Source: Microcystis aeruginosa NIES-843 (GTDB lineage: Bacteria > Cyanobacteriota > Cyanobacteriia > Cyanobacteriales > Microcystaceae). From it: a stretch of DNA of 32,000 nucleotides. The stretch lies in NCBI RefSeq assembly GCF_000010625.1, contig NC_010296.1:90001-122000 (forward strand), in the 5' to 3' direction. The notes below the pieces were generated by a model that saw only the letters and a program-made list of their open reading frames with translations, did not search any database and was not told the origin of the DNA. Both the position numbers and the translations under genes were made by a program. Below, piece after piece: positions 1 through 8,395 of the stretch (the first letter of the stretch is position 1; each line of letters starts with the position of its first letter).

Positions 1-1
1 A

Positions 2-889
2 TATCCTCTGGCGATTGATCGTCTGCAAAAAGCGATTAATCAGGCCAAAAAATTCGGTTTAATGGGTTCCCAAGTATTCGAGTCCACTTTCGATTTTAAG
101 GTGGATATCCGCATCGGGGCGGGAGCTTTTGTCTGTGGAGAGGAAACCGCTCTCATCCATTCCATCGAAGGCGGCCGCGGCACTCCCCGCACCCGTCCCC
201 CCTATCCGGCCCAATCGGGCCTCGATGGTTGTCCCACCCTGATTAATAACGTCGAGTCCTACGCTAATATCGCCGCTATTATCCGCGAGGGAGCCGCTTG
301 GTACGCCAATATCGGTACTGCCAGCAGTAAAGGCACAAAAATCTTCGCTTTAACGGGAAAAATCCGCAATAATGGGCTGATTGAAGTGCCGATGGGTATT
401 ACTCTCCGGGAAATTGTCGAGGAGATGGGGGGTGGTGTTCCCGATGGTCAAGTAAAAGCGGTACAAACCGGCGGCCCCTCTGGGGGTTGTATTCCCGCTA
501 ATTTACTCGATACTCCCGTGGATTACGAATCCTTAGCCAAACTCGGTTCGATGATGGGATCCGGGGGGATGGTGGTTATGGATGATACCACCAGCATGGT
601 GGAAGTGGCGAAATTCTATATGGAATTCTGTCGCGAGGAGTCCTGTGGTAAATGTATCCCCTGTCGCACGGGAACAGTACAAATGTTTGAATTATTGGCC
701 AAAATTATCGCTCGAAAGGCCGATATTCACGACCTCGAAAACCTAGAACATCTCTGTCAAATGGTCAAGGAAACCAGTCTTTGTGGTCTTGGTCAAAGCG
801 CTCCCAATCCGATTTTAAGTACCCTAAAGTATTTTAAGGAGGAATATCTGGCTCTGTTACAGGAAATCAAGCACCCCGTCTCTGTTTGA
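2..889 (+). CDS. hoxF: Bidirectional [NiFe] hydrogenase diaphorase subunit HoxF (NuoF-like flavoprotein), C-terminal part; the 5' end lies outside the window
   Basis: The frame is open from position 2 with no stop before the track Met at 62. It carries the NuoF/51-kDa motifs [19 protein letters not shown] (FMN/NADH site) and [12 protein letters not shown] (4Fe-4S N3 cluster). In cyanobacteria the only NuoF homologue is HoxF. Confidence 0.85.
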   Translation, partial: YPLAIDRLQKAINQAKKFGLMGSQVFESTFDFKVDIRIGAGAFVCGEETALIHSIEGGRGTPRTRPPYPAQSGLDGCPTLINNVESYANIAAIIREGAAWYANIGTASSKGTKIFALTGKIRNNGLIEVPMGITLREIVEEMGGGVPDGQVKAVQTGGPSGGCIPANLLDTPVDYESLAKLGSMMGSGGMVVMDDTTSMVEVAKFYMEFCREESCGKCIPCRTGTVQMFELLAKIIARKADIHDLENLEHLCQMVKETSLCGLGQSAPNPILSTLKYFKEEYLALLQEIKHPVSV

Positions 890-900
890 GATTGACATCC

Positions 901-2146
901 TCACCGCCGGGGCCGGACGGTGATGACCGGCAGATCAAACAAACTTAATTGAACGATCTTCGGTTGGGTTGACGCTTCACGGGATGCTGCTTCTTTAACA
1001 GAAGTCTTACACTTTCCTCTGCGTCCGTTTTTTGAGGTCTCCGATTGCCCACCGGCGACCTTGATATTAATTGCGGCGTTCACGTCTCGATCATGGAAAG
1101 TCCCACAGAAAAGACATTCCCACTCACGGATATTTAACGCTTTCTTCCCGCCGATATTCCCACAACAGGAACACCTCTGAGACGTTGGCTCCCATCGGGA
1201 AATTATCCGAAAATCACGCCCATATTTGTCAGATTTTGCCGATAGCATATCTCGAAAAGAACGCCATCCTAAATCTGATATAGCACGGGACAACTTGCGA
1301 TTTTTAACCATTCCCGATGTGTTTAAATCCTCTAAAATTATCGTTTGATTTTCACGAACAACTCTAGTGGATATTTTATGCAAGAAATCAGTGCGAGTGT
1401 CTTTAATCTTTGCGTGGATTCTAGCTACTCGTTTCCTAGCTTTTTCCCGTCGTTTACTTCCCTTCTGTTTTCTAGAAAGGTTTTTCCGATGCTCTTCTTA
1501 GTCGTTTTAATCGTTTCTTTAACGGTTTCGGTGCGTCTATCTTTTCTCCTGTTGAGAGGGTAGCAAAGGTAGCAATCCCTAGATCAATTCCCACTGACTC
1601 CCCATTATTGGGAAGTATTTCGGACTGAATCTCGACGACAAAACTAAGAAAGTATCGATCTGATGCGTCTTTGATCACGGTGACGCTAGAAGGTTTAGAA
1701 GGTAATGGGCGACTCCAAACTATTCTTAAATCACCGATTTTCGCTAAAGTAACGCAGTGTTGGTTAACGGTAAAACCATTATCGGTAAATCTTGCTAATT
1801 GTTTAGATTTACGCTTCTTAAATTTAGGAGGTTTGACTTTCTTTCCTTTTCTTTCTCCCTTGCAAGATGCAAAAAAGTTAGAATAGGCTGTCTCTAAGTC
1901 TCTCAAAGACTGCTGTAAAGGGATAGAAGAAACCTCGGTTAACCACTGTTTTTCTTCTGTTTTCTTGACTTGAGTTAGTCTTTTAGATAACTCAGTATAT
2001 TTTGGCTTTTTCTCCCCTTGTCGATAGAGTTCTTGACAGTAAGCTAAGGTATCGTTCCAGACAACGCGCACACACCCGAACAACTGAGACAAAAGCCTCT
2101 TTTGTTGGTCTGTTGGGTAAATACGGTATTGATACCTTGCTTTCAT
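901..2146 (-). pseudogene. tnpB: tnpB (IS605 OrfB / RNA-guided nuclease family), split by a frameshift near 1475-1497
   Basis: The N-terminal ORF 1472-2146 (MKARYQYRIYPTDQQK...) and the C-terminal ORF 901-1383 with the zinc finger CSCCG...CLFCG are in different frames. The C-terminal frame stays open upstream to a TAA at 1498-1500 and reads ...LSRKQKGSKRREKARKRVARIHAKIKDTRTDFLHKIS, which continues the N-terminal part. A 1-nt indel near the A-run in the 1475-1497 overlap would explain the split. Confidence 0.8.
902..922. other. Imperfect hairpin at the tnpB-proximal (right) end of the IS200/IS605 element
   Basis: caccgccgg-gg-ccgg(a)cggtg forms a 9-bp stem with one bulged A. Bulged subterminal hairpins are the TnpA recognition structures in this family. 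Confidence 0.45.
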
Positions 2147-2195
2147 TGGGTTAAGATATGTGTGTCTGTATTTATTTTAACTAGGTCTGTTAATA

Positions 2196-2627
2196 ATGTC
2201 AAGTCGGTTGCGAAAAGAAAGAAACTCTGTTTCCGATTTAAAGATACACTTGGTCTGTGTGACAAAATACAGAAGAAAGGTTTTTACTGGTAAAAGTCTG
2301 ACTTTGGTTGAAAAGTCTTTTAAAAGTCTGACTTTGGTTGAAAAATCTTTTAGAGAAGTTGCGGAAAAGATGAATTTTCAGATATTGGAATTTAATGGGG
2401 AGTCTGATCATGTACACGCATTGATTGAATACCCACCGAAACTATCTATTTCCGTGATGGTCAATTCTTTAAAGGGAGTCTCTAGTCGCAGGTATGGACA
2501 AGCTGGTTATCCTAAACCGTACGGGAAAGACGCTCTTTGGTCGCCCAGTTATTTTGTATCTTCTGTAGGAGGTGCGCCACTGGAAGTTCTTAAGTGCTAC
2601 ATTAAAAATCAGGAAAAGCCGTCGTAA
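2196..2627 (+). CDS. tnpA: IS200/IS605 family transposase TnpA (Y1/HUH), carrying an in-frame 10-aa tandem duplication
   Basis: The HUH motif is SDHVHALI and the catalytic-Tyr region is LEVLKCYIKNQ, in a typical ~140-aa size. The duplicated peptide is KSLTLVEKSF x2. Confidence 0.85.
   Translation: MSSRLRKERNSVSDLKIHLVCVTKYRRKVFTGKSLTLVEKSFKSLTLVEKSFREVAEKMNFQILEFNGESDHVHALIEYPPKLSISVMVNSLKGVSSRRYGQAGYPKPYGKDALWSPSYFVSSVGGAPLEVLKCYIKNQEKPS
2291..2350 (+). repeat. 30-bp perfect-period tandem duplication inside tnpA (2 units, 1 mismatch)
   Basis: taaaagtctgactttggttgaaaagtcttt (2291-2320) is followed by taaaagtctgactttggttgaaaaatcttt (2321-2350). Confidence 0.95.
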
Positions 2628-2635
2628 AACGACGG
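2619..2635. other. Perfect 6-bp hairpin overlapping the tnpA stop codon (IS left-end hairpin or terminator)
   Basis: ccgtcg-taaaa-cgacgg is followed by ggtttt. The tnpA TAA (2625-2627) sits in the loop. Confidence 0.45.
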
Positions 2636-2662
2636 GGTTTTAACCCAAATTTTCGATAACTC

Positions 2663-2693
2663 GATCGAGGCCTAACAATCTTCGGCCTCGATC
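2663..2693. other. 10-bp stem / 11-nt loop hairpin just outside or at the edge of the IS
   Basis: gatcgaggcc (2663-2672) pairs with ggcctcgatc (2684-2693). Confidence 0.35.
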
Positions 2694-2775
2694 AATTTCT
2701 TCAGTTACGCGAAGTCTGGTGGGCTGCCGGGTTATCTTGAAGAGAGTTAGCAGTAGTCTCAGGAGACAATAGATT

Positions 2776-3261
2776 ATGACTTGGCGCGGCTCAACCGATA
2801 CAAAAGATCGCATTTTTGCAGCTTTAGTATATCTTTTACCCTTATATTCGGCTTTTGCCTTCGGGATCTTTATCTTTCAGCAAATTCCTTTTTTAGGAGC
2901 GGCCTTAGCAATAGCCTTATATCCCTTAGCTTTTCTCTATAGTTCTCTGGGAAGCTTTGGCAGTTTAATTATCTTTTTCGTCCTCTTTTTCGCCGTGGTA
3001 CGCAATCCCCGCATCAGTCATTTTATCCGCTTTAACACCATGCAGGCGATTTTAATCGAGATTTTGGTGTATTTATTGGGATTGGTCTTAGGTTTCGTCG
3101 CTAGGGGTTTAGGGGCGAATTTAGTGGTAGAAACTCTTTTTAACGTCGTCTTTTTGGGAGCATTTGCCGCCTGTGTTTACAGCATTATACAGTCGGTTAT
3201 CGGCAAATACGCCGATATTCCCACAATTTCCGAGGCGGCCTATTCCCAGGTGGGAGGTTAG
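2776..3261 (+). CDS. Tic20-family membrane protein (cyanobacterial homologue of the chloroplast inner-envelope translocon component)
   Basis: It has four predicted hydrophobic helices. The motifs FIRFNTMQAILIEI and C-terminal GKYADIPTISEAAYSQV match my recollection of the Tic20 signatures (RFxxMQAxLLD and GxYADIPxxxDAAYxQ). Confidence 0.75.
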   Translation: MTWRGSTDTKDRIFAALVYLLPLYSAFAFGIFIFQQIPFLGAALAIALYPLAFLYSSLGSFGSLIIFFVLFFAVVRNPRISHFIRFNTMQAILIEILVYLLGLVLGFVARGLGANLVVETLFNVVFLGAFAACVYSIIQSVIGKYADIPTISEAAYSQVGG

Positions 3262-3334
3262 GTTAACTTGAGTTTGTCCCCTTTTTCGGCTACAGTCTCT
3301 CCAGAATCAATGCGTTCGCTGCCAGGCCACATCT

Positions 3335-4708
3335 ATGAGTCCATTTAAACAGACGCTACGGGAACTCAACGCTCAGAAGGGGAAAATAGCCGCTTCTGTG
3401 GGCAGAAAAACGCCTAAACGAGTTAATCGTTGGTTTAAATGGCTTTCTCCCGGTCTTTTTGTCAAACGCTGGCTTTTAATCAGTTTAAGCGGCGTTTTTC
3501 TCACCTCCTTCGGTTTGGCTATTTGGGTAAAATTAACCCCAGTTAATCGCTTTTTAGAGTTTGTTTCCCAAGCATTAGAAACGATCGCCCGTTTGGTCCC
3601 CAATTCTGTTTCCGGGCCGCTGGCGGTTTTGTTGGGTGTCTTTTTGTTATTCTGGGGTCAGAGTCGCACCGTGGAAACGATTACAGAAGCACTACAACCG
3701 GACGCATCGGAGGAATTAGTTGATCTCCTACGCACCCATCGTCGTCTCCATCGCGGTCCGAAAATTGTGGCCATCGGTGGAGGTACAGGTTTATCGACGC
3801 TTTTACGGGGTTTAAAACAGTATAGTTCCAATATCACCGCTATTGTCACCGTAGCTGATGATGGCGGTTCTTCGGGCCGATTACGTCGGGAAATGGGCAT
3901 TTTACCCCCGGGGGATATTCGCAATTGTATCGCCGCTTTAGCCGATGAGGAAAAGTTATTAACGGAATTGTTTCAATATCGCTTTCATGCCGGGGATGGT
4001 TTATCGGGCCACAGTTTTGGTAATTTATTTATCAGCGCTATGACCGAGATTACTGGGGATCTGGAACAGGCGATCGATGCTAGTGCCAAAGTTTTGGCCA
4101 TTCGCGGTAAAGTGCTACCTGCTACCCTTACCGATGTTAGTCTCTGGGCTAAGTTAGCCGATGGGCGCATTATTGAGGGAGAATCGAAGATAACCGAAGC
4201 TATGGGGCAAATTCGTCAGATTGGCTGTCATCCTGCCGATCCGGTCGCTTTACCGGCTGCTTTAGCGGCAATCAAGGAGGCAGATTATATTATTATCGGG
4301 CCGGGTAGTCTTTATACCAGTATTATCCCTAATTTGTTGGTTCCCGCAATTCGTCAGGCCCTAGCACAGGTGACAGTCCCCCGTGTCTATGTTTGTAATA
4401 TTATGACCCAGCCGGGGGAAACGGATAATTATTCGGTGGCTGATCATATTCGGGCGATCGAAAAAGTCTGCGAGGAACGCGTCTTTGATGCGGTTTTGGC
4501 CCAAAGAACTGCACCATCGCCCCAATCTCTGCAATTATACGCCCAAGAGCATAGTCATCCTGTGTTTTTAGACCGCGAGGAGGTGGGAAAAATGGGTTAT
4601 CGCATTGTTTTAGCGAATGTAATGGCAGAAGATGAAGTTACTGCCAAAGTTAGTCATGATCCCCAACGTTTAGCGCGAGTTTTATGGCGCTGGTATGCTA
4701 AAAAGTGA
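3335..4708 (+). CDS. YvcK/CofD-like (UPF0052, gluconeogenesis factor family) protein with an N-terminal membrane anchor
   Basis: The family motifs are [37 protein letters not shown] and PPGDIRNC. Two N-terminal hydrophobic segments are present. Confidence 0.85.
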   Translation: MSPFKQTLRELNAQKGKIAASVGRKTPKRVNRWFKWLSPGLFVKRWLLISLSGVFLTSFGLAIWVKLTPVNRFLEFVSQALETIARLVPNSVSGPLAVLLGVFLLFWGQSRTVETITEALQPDASEELVDLLRTHRRLHRGPKIVAIGGGTGLSTLLRGLKQYSSNITAIVTVADDGGSSGRLRREMGILPPGDIRNCIAALADEEKLLTELFQYRFHAGDGLSGHSFGNLFISAMTEITGDLEQAIDASAKVLAIRGKVLPATLTDVSLWAKLADGRIIEGESKITEAMGQIRQIGCHPADPVALPAALAAIKEADYIIIGPGSLYTSIIPNLLVPAIRQALAQVTVPRVYVCNIMTQPGETDNYSVADHIRAIEKVCEERVFDAVLAQRTAPSPQSLQLYAQEHSHPVFLDREEVGKMGYRIVLANVMAEDEVTAKVSHDPQRLARVLWRWYAKK

Positions 4709-4875
4709 ATAGCGAGTTGACTAAATGTTTTTATCTAGCTTTGTCAAGTTATAAAATCATATTTTTTGCTTTAATTTGCCGACATTAGCCAAATTTGCTG
4801 ATTAAAGCCCTAGGAAAAAATTAGCCTAAAAACCATTTCGCCTTATTCTGTGTTATACTCAGATTTTGAAGAGAG

Positions 4876-5190
4876 ATGATCATGCACTACTCTACTAAAT
4901 CTAATCAAGAGACAGGTGCGACAGTCTATTCCCCAAGCGATGGAAGTGAATTAATTCCTGCTGAGGTTAAACTAGATATAAACGGGCAAAACTATCAATC
5001 ACTTAATATACCTCTCCCAGAGGGCTATACAGTAGATGATGAAGGAATCATCAATAACTATGGTAGCGAACCCAAGATTTATCTATCAAAATCCCCATCT
5101 TTAGAACAGCAAAAATGGTATATTTTGCAAGGAGTAGGGGCGGTTTTGTTGGTTGCTTTGGTGTTATTAATCACCTTTTCCGTTAGCTAG
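4876..5190 (+). CDS. Hypothetical small tail-anchored membrane protein
   Basis: It is the only long ORF in this intergenic stretch and has a C-terminal hydrophobic helix (GVGAVLLVALVLLITF). No family was recognised. Confidence 0.4.
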   Translation: MIMHYSTKSNQETGATVYSPSDGSELIPAEVKLDINGQNYQSLNIPLPEGYTVDDEGIINNYGSEPKIYLSKSPSLEQQKWYILQGVGAVLLVALVLLITFSVS

Positions 5191-5442
5191 ATAAAAACCG
5201 TAGGATTGACATTTAAGTTGAGCGAGACAGGAAAACTTTAATTTACACCATAGAGTCTGCATCCCAAGTATCGGGAGCATATCTTGGAACCGACTCTATC
5301 TATCTGTCCAAATAGTAAATCTGACAGCTGAACTTTTTTACTTTGCTAAACTTGACAATTTTTTTCAGTTTTTTGTGGGTTGCTTCGTGATCAACAATAG
5401 AACAACCAATAGAGATAACTTCTCAAAGGAAATTCAACAGGT

Positions 5443-5655
5443 ATGAAATTTAATCCTTCTCTTAGTCAAGAACCTCGCTATCAGGCAATTCCTGTTATGC
5501 AGATAACTTCCAAAGAAACCCTTCTCCATTGGTTAGAACGGACAGGAAGATTAAAATTACGTCAATCTGATGCTCATCCCGATTTGCAAATTTTAGAAGA
5601 ATTAGACGATATTATCGATCCAGATAATTATGCTATAGAAGAAGAAGAAGAATAA
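5443..5655 (+). CDS. Hypothetical small acidic protein (70 aa)
   Basis: It has an ATG start, an acidic tail ending EEEEE, and no overlapping alternative ORF. It resembles small conserved cyanobacterial proteins, but I cannot assign a family. Confidence 0.45.
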   Translation: MKFNPSLSQEPRYQAIPVMQITSKETLLHWLERTGRLKLRQSDAHPDLQILEELDDIIDPDNYAIEEEEE

Positions 5656-5665
5656 ATAGTCTTAA

Positions 5666-5760
5666 GTAGGTGGGTGGAATTAAATATAAGATGAACGTAG
5701 TTGGGTTGAAGCATGAAACCCAACGCCCGCTCATGTTACGCTACTGCTAACCCATCCTAC
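5666..5760. repeat. Small MITE-like/hairpin element (~95 bp) with terminal inverted repeats and an internal stem-loop
   Basis: The ends are gtaggtgggt (5666-5675) and acccatcctac (5750-5760), inverted with one indel. The internal hairpin is gttgggtt-gaagcatga-aacccaac (5700-5724). The GTTGGGTT/AACCCAAC motif is typical of dispersed cyanobacterial repeats. Confidence 0.4.
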
Positions 5761-5835
5761 AAATAATTGTGCCTCCCTACTTACTGGGAGTTAGGAGTGA
5801 AATTTCAATTATCTAATATTCAGGAGATTAAGAAA

Positions 5836-6957
5836 GTGGTATCAACGAAAAAAACGGCTTTAATTTACTGTGAAAATCAGTTTGGACGTGTGGACGGAAA
5901 AACGGCAGCTGGCTTGATCAGACAATCAGAAATATATACAATTGTTGGAGTGCTGGATAGTTCCTTAGCGGGAAAAGATGCGGGAGAAGCATTAGGAGAC
6001 AAAAAAAATCATATTCCCATTTTTGCCAATTTACAAACAGCCTTAGAAAAACTTAGAGATGTTCCCAATTGTTATATCTACGGCAAAGCACCCTTAGAAG
6101 CGTTTATTCCCCCCCTAGAAAGACTGCTAATTTTAGAAGCAATGGCACAAGGAATGGAGATTATTAATGGTTTGCATCAATTCTTCTCCGAGGATTTAGA
6201 ATTTAGGGAGCAAGCTAGTCAGTATGGTGTGCAAATTACAGACATTCGTAAACCACCACAATTAGCTGATCTTCATGTATTTACTGGGCAAATTTCCCAA
6301 GTAAATATACCCGTTATTGCCTTTTTAGGAACCGATTGTGCTTGCGGAAAAATGACCACTGCGGTGGCAGTTAATCAAACTCTCCAAGGCTTGGGTATTA
6401 AGTCTGTCTTAGTCGCTACTGGACAAACTAGCTTGATGCAGGGAGCAAGATATGGGGTTTCGATCGATGCTTTGGTTTCTCAATTTGTCATCGGTGAAAT
6501 TGAAAATGCTGTGGTTCAAGCTTTTGAGCAAGAAAAACCCGATATTATTTTAGTGGAAGGACAAAGTTCTCTGAGTCATCCTGCTTTTATGAGTTCCGTG
6601 GGAATTTTGAAAGGAAGTAGGCCCGATGGGATTATTTTACAACATCCCCCAGCCCGAAAATTTCGCTGTGATTTTCCTCATTTAGCCATGCCAAAATTAC
6701 AGGAAGAAATTTCACTAATTGAGGCAATTTCTCCCACTAAAGTTATCGCTATTGCGATTAATCACGAAAATCTCACCGCAGCAGCCACTGAGCGTATTAT
6801 TGCCAAATATGAGCGAGATTTTCAGTTACCGACTACTGATGTTTTGTTACACGGATGTGAGAAATTAGTCCAAGCTTTATGCGATCGCTTTCCGAAATTA
6901 AACCGGAAAATCAAAGGGGAAATTTTAGCTGCAATTCCCGCAATTGGGAGCAAATAG
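5836..6957 (+). CDS. DUF1611-family protein (P-loop-like GTDCACGKMTT motif)
   Basis: The sequence KKTALIYCENQFGRVDGKTAAGLIR...GTDCACGKMTTA is typical of DUF1611 (COG3367). I prefer the GTG start at 5836, which has AGGAG at 5822-5826. The track TTG start at 5767 lies next to the upstream repeat element. Confidence 0.7.
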   Translation: MVSTKKTALIYCENQFGRVDGKTAAGLIRQSEIYTIVGVLDSSLAGKDAGEALGDKKNHIPIFANLQTALEKLRDVPNCYIYGKAPLEAFIPPLERLLILEAMAQGMEIINGLHQFFSEDLEFREQASQYGVQITDIRKPPQLADLHVFTGQISQVNIPVIAFLGTDCACGKMTTAVAVNQTLQGLGIKSVLVATGQTSLMQGARYGVSIDALVSQFVIGEIENAVVQAFEQEKPDIILVEGQSSLSHPAFMSSVGILKGSRPDGIILQHPPARKFRCDFPHLAMPKLQEEISLIEAISPTKVIAIAINHENLTAAATERIIAKYERDFQLPTTDVLLHGCEKLVQALCDRFPKLNRKIKGEILAAIPAIGSK

Positions 6958-6961
6958 GCTG

Positions 6962-8047
6962 ATGAAAGACCTTTTACCCAGAATCGAGATTTCTCTCCCG
7001 AAAATACGCCATAATGCTCGTTTACTCTGCCAATTCTACGGTAGCAAGGGACTTTCTGTGATGGGAGTTTCCAAAGCGATTTTGGGTGATCCCTCGATCG
7101 CCTTGGCGATGATTCAAGGTGGAGTCAACTTTATCGCTGACTCTCGAATCGAAAATATTCTCAAAATGAAACAAGCAGGAATAGTGACAACTTTTGTTCT
7201 GTTGCGTACTGCCTTGAGTCAAGCAGAATCAGTGGTTAACATTGCAGATATCAGCTTAAATACCGAATTAGCAACAATTCAGGAACTTTCCTATTATGCT
7301 CAGGAAAAGCAAAAAATACACCGCATTATTATCATGACGGAGTTAGGGGATTTACGCGAAGGTGTACTGCCGAAAGATCTGGTCAAGTTCATCAAAAAGA
7401 CCCTCGCTTTTCCCTTTATCAAAATTATTGGACTGGGTTGTAATTTGGCTTGTTATGGAGGTATTAAACCTGATAGCCATAATATGAGCAAATTATCTGT
7501 GTTAACAGATACAATTGAGCAGGAATTTTTAATAAAATTACCGATTATTTCAGGAGGCAATTCTGCTAACTATCAATGGTATCAAAAAAGTAGCGAAGTT
7601 GGTCGGATTAATAATCTGCGTTTAGGAGAATCAATTTTATTAGGTTGTGAAACAGTTAATCGACAAGTGATACCTGGCTTATATACCGATGCTTTTCGGT
7701 TAATTGCTGAAGTAATCGAATCCAAAGATAAACCATCTCTACCCTCTGGAGAAATTGGTCGAGATGCTTTTGGTAATGTTCCCAGCTTTATCGATCAAGG
7801 CATTCACCGTCGAGTTATTATTGCATTAGGAAGACAGGATATTCTTATCTCTGGATTACAAACAAGTCAGGAGATAAAAATATTAGGTTCTAGTAGCGAT
7901 CATCTAGTTCTTGATAGTCATAACAAGAGGTTAAAAGTAGGAAGCGAAGTCAGTTTTAATCTTGATTACGGAGGACTTTTAACAGCCATGACTTCTCCTT
8001 TTATTACTAAAAGTTATGCTCTCAATGCAGTAGCACAACTGTCTTGA
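6962..8047 (+). CDS. Fold-type III PLP-dependent amino-acid racemase family protein (alanine/ornithine racemase-like, COG3457 type)
   Basis: The N-terminal TIM-barrel-like region has the candidate PLP-Lys context VMGVSKAILG. The size is about 360 aa. The ATG at 6962 lies 4 nt after the upstream stop, which gives an operon-like layout. Confidence 0.65.
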   Translation: MKDLLPRIEISLPKIRHNARLLCQFYGSKGLSVMGVSKAILGDPSIALAMIQGGVNFIADSRIENILKMKQAGIVTTFVLLRTALSQAESVVNIADISLNTELATIQELSYYAQEKQKIHRIIIMTELGDLREGVLPKDLVKFIKKTLAFPFIKIIGLGCNLACYGGIKPDSHNMSKLSVLTDTIEQEFLIKLPIISGGNSANYQWYQKSSEVGRINNLRLGESILLGCETVNRQVIPGLYTDAFRLIAEVIESKDKPSLPSGEIGRDAFGNVPSFIDQGIHRRVIIALGRQDILISGLQTSQEIKILGSSSDHLVLDSHNKRLKVGSEVSFNLDYGGLLTAMTSPFITKSYALNAVAQLS

Positions 8048-8056
8048 GCGATGAAT

Positions 8057-8280
8057 AAATAGGGTTTGCGGCAAAAAGTTTTTCGGTGGTGGCAGGGTGT
8101 GGGGTGTGGGGTGTGGGGTGTGGGGTTTTACCAGTTTTGAGGTGGCCAATTACCTAATTTTCAGGGAAAAAGTGCCTAAATTTCCCCCCGATCACTCCCA
8201 GATCCAGTACTTTTTGATTGACAAAAGGTCTAAAAGTCTTACCCAACAAGGTTTTTAGATTTATTCAGCAGACCCTATTT
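8057..8280 (+). mobile_element. MITE family copy A (~224 bp) with an internal (GGGGTGT)n array
   Basis: The ends aaatagggtttgcgg and cagcagaccctattt are imperfect inverted repeats. The whole element recurs in reverse orientation at 14220-14417 and 15364-15589. Confidence 0.8.
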
Positions 8281-8395
8281 AGGGGTTGCTGGCTTATCAC
8301 CTTGACATCAGGGCCGTAGAGATTTGTACTCAATTACTATCCTATCGCTAAATTCTGGGAAGAAATCAAAATCCCCCTCAATCCTTAACAAATTC

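Larger units (their letters stand above)
890..2640 (-). mobile_element. IS200/IS605-family insertion sequence with divergent tnpA/tnpB (IS605-like layout); both genes are altered
   Basis: A Y1 (HUH) transposase gene and a TnpB gene are divergently arranged 49 bp apart. Imperfect subterminal hairpins lie at 902-922 and 2619-2635. The exact ends are not resolvable from one copy. Confidence 0.7.

Noticed and set aside
1071-1886. Three plus-strand ORFs (1071-1283, 1345-1563, 1671-1886)
   Set aside because: They are antisense shadows of the tnpB coding region, with low-complexity products and no motifs.
2102-2293. 63-aa plus-strand ORF spanning the tnpB/tnpA divergent spacer
   Set aside because: It overlaps the tnpB start and the tnpA 5' end out of frame. 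tnpA in the other frame has clear family motifs.
3373-4170. Minus-strand ORFs 3373-3603, 3658-3924 and 3985-4170
   Set aside because: They are antisense to the well-supported YvcK-like gene. Their Arg/Pro-rich products are typical of shadow frames.
5767-5835. TTG start at 5767 for the DUF1611 gene
   Set aside because: The extension begins right at the edge of the upstream repeat element and adds a non-conserved-looking leader. GTG 5836 with an AGGAG site fits the family N-terminus.
8095-8125. Heptamer arrays (also 9166-9275, 15517-15554 and 20504-20538) considered as a CRISPR array
   Set aside because: The period is 7 nt with no spacers and no cas genes. These are STRR microsatellites.
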